Origin: Eledone cirrhosa
Taxonomy: Eukaryota
Length of the DNA stretch: 64,000 nt
Direction of reading: 5' to 3'
NCBI GenBank assembly: GCA_964016885.1
Contig: OZ024761.1
Coordinates: forward strand, 18,166,001 to 18,230,000
Shown here in pieces: positions 8,131 to 20,578 of the stretch (its first letter is position 1; each line of letters begins with the position of its first letter). A model generated the notes under the pieces. It worked only from the letters and a program-made list of their open reading frames with translations, did not search any database and was not told the origin of the DNA. The position numbers were made by a program, and so were the translations under genes.

Positions 8131-11100
8131 ATGAGTCACGGTTTATTACACATTGGAGACAGAGTGAGAGATTTAGCTCTCATTTTTAGCAGATTTAGAA
8201 ACTTTGCAAACGCTTTATTTTTTCTTATTGCCGGTACTCTGAACACGATTTGAAATGACTGGAGTGAGTTTATAAAAGGGTAAACTGAAATAGTTACACC
8301 GGTAATATATTTAGTGTTACACCGGTATTTTCGAAACAATCTCTTTCGCATTCGTCTGCAAGCGGTAACGTTTTCTATGCCGTCTCTGGTAGTGTAGAAC
8401 TGTAGGTTGACTTGCTTGGGTTTTACAAATGTTTGTCAACATGCATATTATTATATACTTTCAAACACACTTACATATATTATATTTATACACATATAGG
8501 ATTTTACTAAGTTTTTATTCTTATTAATGTGAAGAGATAGAAATAATAAGTTAAAGCTAAAGTATAATGATATAACAACAGTATATAATAGTTTTCTCCA
8601 CTTTATTGAGATGCAAACGTTTCAAAGAAAAAACATGACAGTATAAGAAATATTTAATATCATAACGTATAATATTTCAGGTAGGATGGTCGTTTCTCTT
8701 GTCTTCCAACTCTAGTTGTAGATTCTTCATGCCCTCTCTAGCCATAATTATGTCGTCGACATATGCATAAGTTTGATTTCTTCTTGAATGAATTGCAAAT
8801 CTTGAGGTAGCCTTCTTGGTACATTTATTAGCTTTAATTCGTGCTTACACTGCTTGTAATAATTCGTACGTTTTTTTTTTTTTTTACTTCGAATGAAACA
8901 TATATATATAAAAACGTCTGTGGCTTTAGTATACCTTTCAGTTTGATTCCAATAGAAAAATACTTACTGAACATGTGTAACACAATTATAACTGGTACTA
9001 CTAAGTTCCTAGCCACGAGAAAATCTATTTGGTAGAAGTTATTTCTTAGTTCTATGCACTGTCAATATCCCCTCTACTTTTTATATGCTTGTGTTTGTTA
9101 AAGAAACATTCTCTGATTTAGAAACCACGATCTTCTCGCACCACCGTTGTAGTAATTTTTGTTAAATGTTTTGTCTGGTCTATTGTCAATAAGTGGCCTT
9201 GTTTTCTGATTATTAATAAAGTTAAGTGGTCTACTGAATTGTCTTCATTATTGCCTATTTATCAGTTTTGTTTAACTGCCGATAACTTTAAAATGTATTT
9301 CTTAGGTTGCTTAGGCCTACAAACCTTATATCAGTGTCCCTTCTTTTGACACTTTCTACGAGTGAATCCTTAATTTGACATTTTATTTTGGGTTGTACTG
9401 CCTTATCCCACCTATAACAGCTTGAAGCAGATATAGTAAAAAAGGGTCCTTGACTGTGGAGACTAATATGAGTTATGTTGAATATAATTGTTAAGGTTTA
9501 TTCAATCTAAGAGAAGAAAAAGGAATTATAAGTAAAGTGCAAAATTAACGTTTAAAGACAAGAAAAGTATTTCTCTTTCTCTCTGGCAAAATAAATCAGC
9601 TGTTTTTAGACCTGGAGGAGGGGAGGATTGACTCAGTCAGGTTTAAATGCCCATATGACGGTAATTCCGGCACCCCTACAACAACAGTTAAATGTCTATA
9701 ACCACCACGCATTTATGAGACTAAAAACCTTGATAGTGTATTTTTATTTTGGTACAAAAGTTTTTTAAATAATTTCATCAGTTTTAAATTCAAGTAAGTC
9801 CAATATAATGTATTTAAACGAATCTAGAGATAGGATTTCAATATCTGCCAGAGCGTATGAAATAGTAAAACAATTTTTTTTTTTTTTTTTTTTTTTTTTA
9901 TACCATTTATGTCAAATACCATGAGTTGTTCTTTATTAAAGAAATGCTAAAATAAATTTAGTTAGTATGACTCTGAAATGTGTTCATAAACGGTAATGTT
10001 ATGTTTTCCTTAGAGCCTGTCTATCTTACAGTATGTTTACACACAATACATACATGCATATACATAAATTAATTGTTTATTAGCTATATTCTTCTGTTTA
10101 CACTCCTCGTAATAATTCGAGCGGTTTTGTTTTTGTTTTTTCTTCAGGAGAGACGTAGATAGAAAAACGTTTGTGGCTTTAGTATTGCTTATTTTTAAGT
10201 TTTGTTTAATTGCCGATAAATTTGAAATATATTTGTTAGGTTTCTTAGAACTACAAATCTTTCTTATGACACGTACTACGGAATAAATTCTTAGCTGGAT
10301 ACTTTACTTTGTGATTACTTTCCTCCCAAAGCCATAACAGCTTGAATCAGATGTAGCAAAAACTTGTGAAGACTGACATGAGTTATGTTGAATATAAGTG
10401 TAGACGTAAAATATTTTTGTTTATTCAATCTAAAGGGAAGGAAAAAGAATTTTAAGTCAAGTGCAAAATTAACGTTTAAAGGCATAAGAAAGGTATCTCG
10501 CTTTCTCTCCTGTAAAATAAATAGGCTGTTTTTAGACCAGGAGGATGGGAGGATTGACTCAGTCAGATTTAAATGTACATATGACGGTAAATACGACAGC
10601 CCTACATCAACAGTTAAGTGTCTATAACAACCATGCATTTAAGAGACTGAAAACCTTACGAATTTGTTTATATTTTGGTACATGAAAACAAAATTTAAAA
10701 ACAAATCATATATTTAATTTCATGTAAGTCAAATACAATGTATTTAAATGAATCTACAGATGGAGTTGCAATATCTGCCAGGACTTTGGAAATAGTGAAA
10801 TATATAAAAATGTTTAATTAAAACTACTTTTCAAAGGAATAATAAAGAGATATACACACACACACACACATCTCTAGTGGAGATATTTCTGAGATTGGAA
10901 ACCCTATCGATGTATGTATTTTGTCACTGTAAAGTTATCAAAAAATTATTATTATATATACATGTTTGCGTTTTTGACGTAAGTAAAATATGAGGTGTTC
11001 GATACCTGCCAGAGCTTATGAAATAGTAAAAGAATATTTTTCTCTTTTCAATTATGTCAAACATCGTATGTAGTTCTTTATAGGTTCGAGCGGAGGGGGA

Positions 11101-13147
11101 ACTAGAAGGGTGGCTTCGAGATGATCGTGGCCCCGGGTATCCCAGAAGATAGAGACCAATATTTAAAATAAAAAAAATAAAAATGTTTTATATTTAAGAT
11201 AAAGTAGAAGATCGAAACCCTATCTCCAAATCTATACACACTGAATTGATGCATAGATACACCACAACTACCCACACGGCTACCTACAGACCAACAAATA
11301 CGGAGTGAAAATAAACACATTTAAAGCTATTTTATTGTTAGACTAAAAATAAGTTTATATATGTAAATATTCAAAAGAAAATCACTTAAGTCTTTATAGT
11401 CTAGTGGTAAGACATAGGACTGGGGAATGCCGTGGTTGGATTTCGAATCAACTTAAAACATTAACTTTTTTTAACCTCACACTGTAAGGAATTTGCTTGA
11501 TTTGAACACGTCGTCATACCATTTAAAGCTTTATTTTTCTCTTTCTAGTCGTAACACAGTCAGCATATAAATAAAGGTGATTCACTTCAACACGTTGCCA
11601 TACCATTTAAAACTTTATTTGGAGATGAGACAAAGACACATAAATACACCAAGTAGTAAACCCTTGATTGAACTTACTATGAAGATGAAGAATGTCTGTT
11701 AATATCAAAGTGACGTTAAATTTAGGTGTCACTTTCATTGTTTTTAATTTACAGAAACACCTTAATATAATACAATGTACAAGATATATATATTAGAAGG
11801 AATATTTTTTTATTTTCTTGTTCCGTCAAACCTTGCGTTTATTCTACACACACACACGTCGAAACACTTGCTTAAGGTGGCTTTCTTAGAAATAATGAGA
11901 AGTGTTGGCTTGGTGGAGATTGATACAACTTTGGGTGATGTTACGAGGAGAGGCAAGGCTATGGAGAGTGTCTTAGTGGAAGAGATGACATCAGAGCAGT
12001 AACCTCCAAAGAGATGAAATTAGTGACTGAGATGCTATCATTGCATAGTTAAGAATATATATAACAAACATATACTATAAATTTAACAAGTCAAACTACA
12101 GTTATACTCTAACACGGAAGACAAATAAAACTTTACCTCTCTCATGCACGTCGTATCCAGTGTGTTGTTATAAGAAAACCGGTGAAACACTAAATATGCC
12201 ACCAGTGTAGCGATTTTATACTCTCTCTCTGCTTCATCGTACCACCCAGTAACATGAAACTGTGTTCAAATCCCTGGGAGGTAGAATTTCGTCGCTTTAA
12301 AATAAACACACTGGCGTCAGTTTGAATATTGATTTCATGTGAAAAATATATACATATTATGATTGTACTCCGAACTATCAATATTGAAACAATTTTAATG
12401 TGCCAATAAAATTTATATATATATATATATATACAGCAACAGTGTTTTCGATCTTTCTTACTTTTTTATTCACATTCTACAGTCACTTTAACTCTGTAAT
12501 AAAACCCAACACGAGACGAACGTTAACTGCAGTTACCCACGAAATTAACGCTCACACAAATGAATATATACATATATACTACTAAAATGTATGTAAAATT
12601 AAAAAATAAATACTTAAATTCAATGTATGTATAATTACACATACAATACGTTTTGTTGTAAAACCCTAAATAATAATTTAAGAAATGATGTTAATCTCTT
12701 TGTACAGAGATAAACATTAATTTATGTGTGTGCGTATATACACCATTTAAGACAGCGAAAAAACCAGTACCTCCTTCGAAGAATGCCAAATAGTTTATGC
12801 CTCAGGTATACCGGTGTAACACTAATTAAGTTACCGGTGTAGATATTTCAGTTGAACCGTGCTTCAACAAACTACCCGGTAATTTGAAATCGAGTTTAGA
12901 GTGAGGGGGTGTAAAACAGAATTCTGTTTGGAAAATAGTAAATTCTAAACCTGCTAGAAACAGCCAAATGTCGTACTTTGGGTGCGACTCGTCTTACCTC
13001 TTCTAATATATATATATATATATAAATAAATATATATATATGTGTGTGTGTAGATTCACAGGTCGCGTCGGAGAGAAACCACAATAAATACAATGTACTC
13101 AATAGATTGGCACAGTATATATGTGTGTGTGTGTGTACATATAAATA

Positions 13148-13182
<35 letters not shown>

Positions 13183-13295
13183 GTATAAATGTATATATAC
13201 ATATAAATACTTATATATATACATAAACATATGTATACATACACACATATATAGATATATATGTGTGTATATATATATATCTGTGTGTTTATTTC

Positions 13296-13337
<42 letters not shown>

Positions 13338-13742
13338 GTGTGTGTGTGTGTGTGTGTGTATACATATATATTACTTTCACTGTTCTTTCTAGCATAAAAA
13401 AGAAAAACCGGAAGGGTAGAAAATTGAAAAACTTCTTCTTTTTCCCTCCTCTAACTTTTCAAACAAAAGGAAATTTTATGTAAACAAAAACGAAATTTTT
13501 GCCAAGAAAGATAACTCTTCTCTGACTTAAATCCAAAATTGGGATACAAAATAAATTCCGCAATTTTTTGTATCCCAATTTTGGATTTAAGTCAGAGAAG
13601 AGTTATCTTTCTTGGCAAAAATTTCGTTTTTGTTTACATAAAATTTTCTTTTGTTTGAAAAGTTAGAGGGGTGAAAAAGAAGAAGTTTTTCAATTTTCAC
13701 CACTTCCGGTTTTTTCTAGTGTATGCTAGAAATAGCAGTCAA

Positions 13743-13787
<45 letters not shown>

Positions 13788-14214
13788 TTTTTTGTGACAA
13801 TATATATTGTTTTAACGCTAGATTATTAACAACAATATATTGTATTTGTTGGCCTATTGGACGCATAAGACGCTCACTCGATTTTTATTATATTTTACGT
13901 TGTATTTTGAGGTTTATAGGCATTTCTATGGACCACCTACAATATTCGCGGTTTTCCACTGTTCTCGGGTTCTCTAGGACTGTAAACCCCACGAATGCCG
14001 GGGGAGGGGTAATTGTATATGAATATATCGACTAATAATATACAGCATAATTATACGAGTATGCATATACATTGCAATATATATATACACTAATATATAT
14101 GCATATTTACACATATATGTACATATATATATATATAGACACACATGTATATATATATATGCATGTATGTATATATGTATACATATATATACATATATAT
14201 ATATGCATGTATGT

Positions 14215-14281
<67 letters not shown>

Positions 14282-14318
14282 GACGTGTGTGTGTGTGTGT
14301 GTGTACATTCTTAGGTAT
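8085..14318 (+). repeat. Unit 2
   Basis: Anchor at 8133; 91-bp deletion at 11080/11081; un-inverted 38-bp segment. Confidence 0.93.
13371..13747. repeat. 377-bp palindrome, unit 2
   Basis: Same inverted arms as 6762-7138. Confidence 0.95.
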
Positions 14319-17300
14319 ATACATATATATTTATACACACATACATACAAATATATATATTTCTATGAGTCACGGTTTATTACACATTGGAGACAGAGTG
14401 AGAGATTTAGCTGTCATTTTTAGCAGATTTAGAAACTTCGCAAACGCTTTATTTTTTTCTTACTGCCGGTACTCTGAACACGATTTGAAATGACTGGAGT
14501 GAGTTTATAAAAGGGTAAACTGAAATAGTTGCACCGGTAATATATTTAGTGTTACACCGGTATTTTTGAAACAATCTCTTTTCGCATTCGCTTGTAAGAG
14601 GTAACGTTTTCTATGCCGTCTCTGTTAGTGTAGAACTGTAGGTTGACTTTTACAACTCTTTGTCAACATGCATATTATTATTATATACTTACAAACACAC
14701 TTACATATATTATATTTATACACATATAGGATTTTACTAAGTTTTTATTCTTTCTAATGTGAAGAGATAGAAATAAGTTTAAACTAAAGTATAATGATAT
14801 AACAACAGTATATAATAGTTTTCTCCACTTTATTGAGATGCAAACGTTTTAAAGAAAAAACATGACAGTATAAGAAATAATTACTATCATAATATATAAT
14901 ATTTCAGGTAGTATGGTCGTTTCTCTTGTCTTCCACCTAGTTGTAGATTCTTCATGTCCTCTCTAGCCATAATTATGTCGTCGACATATGCATAAGTTTG
15001 ATTTCTTCTTGAATGAATTGCAAATCTTGAGGTAGCCTTCTTGGTACATTTATTAGCTTTAATTCGTGTTTACACTGCTTGTAATAATTCTTACGTTTTT
15101 GACTTTAGATGAAACATATATATGAAAACGTCTGTGGCTTTAGTATACCTTTAAGTTTGATTTCAATAGAAAAATACTTACTGAACATGTGTAACGCAAT
15201 TATAACTGGAGCTACTAAGTTCCTAGCCACTAGAAAATCTATTTGATAGAAGTTATTTCCTAGTTCTATGCACTGTCAATATCCCCTCTACTTTTTATAT
15301 ACTTGTGTTTGTTAAAGAAACATTCTCTGATTTAGAAACCACGATCTTCTCGCACCATCGTTGTAGTAATTCTTGTTAAATGTTTTGTCTGGTCTATTGT
15401 CAATAAGTGGCCTTGTTTTCTGATTATTAATAAAGTTGAGTGGTCTACTGAATTGTCTAAATTATTGCCTATTTATAAGTTTTGTTTAACTGCCGATAAC
15501 TTTAAAATCTATTTCTTAGGTTGCTAAGGCCTACAAACCTTATATCAGTGTCCCTTCTTTTGACACTTTCTACGAGTGAATGCTTAAATTGACATTTTAT
15601 TTTGGGTTGTACTGCCTTATCCCACCTATAACAGCTTGAAGCAGATATAGTAAAAACAGGTACTTGACTGTGGAGATTGATATGAGTTAGATTGAACAAA
15701 CCTCAACAATTATATTCAACATAACAGAAGAAAAAGGAATTATAAGTAAAGTGCAAAATTAACGTTTAAAGACAAGAAAAGTATTTCTCTTTCTCTCTGG
15801 CAAAATAAATCAGCTGTTTTTAGACCTGGAGGAGGGGAGGATTGACTCAGTCAGGTTTAAATGCCCACATGATGGTAATTACGGCACCCCTACAACAACA
15901 GTTAAATGTCTATAACCACCACGCATTTATGAGACTAAAAACCTTGATAGTGTATTTTTATTTTGGTACAAAAGTTTTTTAAATAATTTCATCAGTTTTA
16001 ATTCAAGTAAGTCCAATATAATGTATTTAAACGAATCTAGAGATAGGATTTCAATATCTGTCAGAGCTTATGAAATAGTAAAACAATTTTTTTTTTTTTT
16101 TTCTTCATTTATGTCAAATACCATGAGTTGTTCTTTATTAAATAAATGCTAAAATAGATTTAGTTAGTATGACTCTGAAATGTGTTCAGAAACGGTAATG
16201 TTATGTTTTCCTTAGAGCCTGTCTGTCTTACAGTATGTTTACACACAATACATATACATAAATTAATTGTTTATTAGCTATATTCTTCTGTTTACACTCC
16301 TCGTAATGATTCGAGCGGTTTTGTTTTTGTTTTTTCTTCAGGAGAGACGTAGATAGAAAAACGTTTGTGGCTTTAGTATTGCTTATTTTTAAGTTTTGTT
16401 TAATTGCCGATAAATTTGAAATATATTTGTTAGGTTTCTTAGAACTACAAATCTTTCTTATGACACGTACTACGGAATAAATTCTTAGCTGGATACTTTA
16501 CTTTGTGATTACTTTCCTCCCAAAGCCATAACAGCTTGAATCAGATGTAGCAAAAACTTGTGAAGACTGACATGAGTTATGTTGAATATAAGTGTAGACG
16601 TAAAATATTTTTGTTTATTCAATCTAAAGGGAAGGAGAAAGAATTTTAAGTCAAGTGCAAAATTAACGTTTAAAGGCATAAGAAAGGTATCTCGCTTTCT
16701 CTCCTGTAACATAAATAGGCTGTTTTTAGACCAGGAGGATGGGAGGATTGACTCAGTCAGATTTAAATGTACACATGACGGTAAATACGACAGCCCTACA
16801 ACAACAGTTAAGTGTCTATAACAACCATGCATTTAAGAGACTGAAAACCTTACGAATTTGTTTATATTTTGGTACATGAAAACAAAATTTAAAAACAAAT
16901 TATATATTTAATTTCATGTAAGTCAAATACAATGTATTTAAATGAATCTACAGATGGAGTTGCAATATCTGCCAGGACTTTGAAATAGTGAAATATATAA
17001 AAATGTTTAATTAAAACTACTTTTCAAAGGAATAATAAAGATATATACACACACACACACATCTCTAGTGGAGATATTTCTGAGATTGGAAACCCTATCG
17101 ATGTATGTATTTTGTCACTGTAAAGTTATCAAAAAATTATTATTATATATACATGTTTGCGTTTTTGACGTAAGTAAATTATGAGGTGTTCGATACCTGC
17201 CAGAGCTTATGAAATAGTAAAAGAATATTTTTCTCTTTTCAATTATGTCAAACATCGTATGTAGTTCTTTATTAAAGAAATGCTAAAATAGATTTAAATA

Positions 17301-19421
17301 TATGAAATTTGCACAGTAGAATTACGGCCGCTTGGCGGGCGTCTGGTAAAGTGGTGGTAGTGTAGGTTCGAGCGGAGGGGGAACTAGAAGGGTGGCTTCG
17401 AGATGATCGTGGCCCCGGGTATCCCAGAAGATAGAGACCAATATTTAAAATAAAAAAAATAAAAATGTTTTATATTTAAGATAAAGTAGAAGATCGAAAC
17501 CCTATCTCCAAATCGATACACACTGAATTGATGCATAGATACACCACAACTATCCACACGGCTACCTACAGACCAACAAATACGGAGTGAAAATAAACAC
17601 ATTTAAAGCTATTTTATTGTTAGACTAAAAATAAGTTTATATATGTAAATATTCAAAAGAAAATCACTTAAGTCTTTATAGTCTAGTGGTAAGACATAGG
17701 ACTGGGGAATGCCGTAGTTGGATTTCGAATCAACTTAAAACATTAACTTTTTTTATCCTCACACTGTAAGGAATTTGCTTGATTTGAACACGTAGTCATA
17801 CCATTTGAAGCTTTATTTTTCTCTTTCTAGTCGTAACACAGTCAGCATATAAATAAACGTGATTCACTTCAACACGTTGCCATACCATTTAAAACTTTAT
17901 TTGGAGATGAGACAAAGACACATAAATACACCAAGTAGTAAACCCTTGATTGAACTTACTATGAAGATGAAGAATGTCTGTTAATATCAAAGTGACGTTA
18001 AATTTAGGTGTCACTTTCATTGTTTTTAATTTACAGAAACACCTTAATATAATACAATGTACAAGATATATATATTAGAAGGAATATTTTTTATTTTCTT
18101 GTTTCGTCAAACCTTGCGTTTATTCTACACACACACACGTCGAAACACTTGCTTAAGGTGGCTTTCTTAGAGATAATGAGAAGTGTTGGCTTGGTGGAGA
18201 TTGATACAACTTTGGGTGATGTTACGAGGAGAGGCAAGGCTATGGAGAGTGTCTTAGTGGAAGAGATGACATCAGAGCAGTAACCTCCAAAGAGATGAAA
18301 TTAGTGACTGAGATGCTATCATTGCATAGTTAAGAATATATATAACAAACATATACTATAAATTTAACAAGTCAAACTACAGTTATACTCTAACACGGAA
18401 GACAAATAAAACTTTACCTCTCTCATGCACGTCGTATCCAGTGTGTTGTTATAAGAAAACCGGTGAAACACTAAATATGCCACCAGTGTAGCGATTTTAT
18501 ACTCTCTCTCTGCTTCATCGTACCACCCAGTAACATGAAACTGTGTTCAAATCCCTGGGAGGTAGAATTTCGTCGCTTTAAAATAAACACACTGGGGTCA
18601 GTTTGAATATTGATTTCATGTGAAAAATATATACATATTATGATTGTACTCCGAACTATCAATATTGAAACAATTTTAATGTGCCAATAAAATTTATATA
18701 TATATATACAGCAACAGTGTTTTCGATCTTTCTTACTTTTTTTATTCACACTCTACAGTCACTTTAACTCTGTAATAAAACCCAACACGAGACGAACGTT
18801 AACTGCAGTTACCCACGAAATTAACGCACACACAAATGAATATATATATATACTACTAAAATGTATGTAAAATTAAAAAATAAATACTTAAATTCAATGT
18901 ATGTATAATTACACATACAATACGTTTTGTTGTAAAACCCTAAATAATAATTTAAGAAATGATGTTAATCTCTTTGTACAGAGATAAACATTAATTTATG
19001 TGTGTGCGTATATACACCATTTAAGACAGCGAAAAAACCAGTACCTCCTTCGAAGAATGCCAAATAGTTTATGCCTCAGGTATACCGGTGTAACACTAAT
19101 TAAGTTACCGGTGTAGATATTTCAGTTGAACCGTGCTTCAACAAACTACCCGGTAATTTGAAATCGAGTTTAGAGTGAGGGGGTGTAAAACAGAATTCTG
19201 TTTGGAAAATAGTAAATTCTAAACCTGCTAGAAACAGCCAAATGTCGTACTTTGGGTGCGACTCGTCTTACCTCTTCTAATATATATATATATATATAAA
19301 TAAATATATATATATGTGTGTGTGTAGATTCACAGGTCGCGTCGGAGAGAAACCACAATAAATACAATGTACTCAATAGATTGGCACAGTATATATGTGT
19401 GTGTGTGTGTACATATAAATA

Positions 19422-19456
<35 letters not shown>

Positions 19457-19561
19457 GTATAAATGTATATATACATATAAATACTTATATATATACATAA
19501 ACATATGTATACATACACACATATATAGATATATATGTGTGTATATATATATATCTGTGTG

Positions 19562-19613
<52 letters not shown>

Positions 19614-20020
19614 GTGTGTGTGTGTGTGTGTGTGTGTATACATATATATTACTTTCACTGTTCTTTCTAGCATAAAAAAGAAAAACCGGAAGGGTAGAAA
19701 ATTGAAAAACTTCTTCTTTTTCCCTCCTCTAACTTTTCAAACAAAAGGAAATTTTATGTAAACAAAAACGAAATTTTTGCCAAGAAAGATAACTCTTCTC
19801 TGACTTAAATCCAAAATTGGGATACAAAATAAATTCCGCAATTTTTTGTATCCCAATTTTGGATTTAAGTCAGAGAAGAGTTATCTTTCTTGGCAAAAAT
19901 TTCGTTTTTGTTTACATAAAATTTTCTTTTGTTTGAAAAGTTAGAGGGGTGAAAAAGAAGAAGTTTTTCAATTTTCTCCACTTCCGGTTTTTTCTAGTGT
20001 ATGCTAGAAATAGCAGTCAA

Positions 20021-20061
<41 letters not shown>

Positions 20062-20488
20062 TTTTTTGTGACAATATATATTGTTTTAACGCTAGATTAT
20101 TAACAACAATATATTGTATTTGTTGGCCTATTGGACGCATAAGACGCTCACTCGATTTTTATTATATTTTACGTTGTATTTTGAGGTTTATAGGCATTTC
20201 TATGGACCACCTACAATATTCGCGGTTTTCCACTGTTCTCGGGTTCTCTAGGACTGTAAACCCCACGAATGCCGGGGGAGGGGTAATTGTATATGAATAT
20301 ATCGACTAATAATATACAGTATAATTATACGAGTATGCATATACATTGCAATATATATATACACTAATATATATGCATATTTACACATATATGTACATAT
20401 ATATATATATAGACACACATGTATATATATATATGCATGTATGTATATATGTATACATATATATACATATATATATATGCATGTATGT

Positions 20489-20541
<53 letters not shown>

Positions 20542-20578
20542 GACGTGTGTGTGTGTGTGTGTGTACATTCTTAGGTAT
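14319..20578 (+). repeat. Unit 3
   Basis: Anchor at 14367; first unit with the micro-inversion. Confidence 0.93.
19649..20025. repeat. 377-bp palindrome, unit 3
   Basis: Same inverted arms. Confidence 0.95.

Noticed and set aside
7379-8253. Long ORFs rich in IYIY/CVCV/HTHT, here and in every unit
   Set aside because: They are translations of stop-free dinucleotide microsatellites, and their frames shift between units.
15502-15699. ISASSCYRWDK as a Tc1/IS630 helix-turn-helix
   Set aside because: Too short; no DDE domain or flanking TIRs; the paralog reads TSDSSCYGFG.
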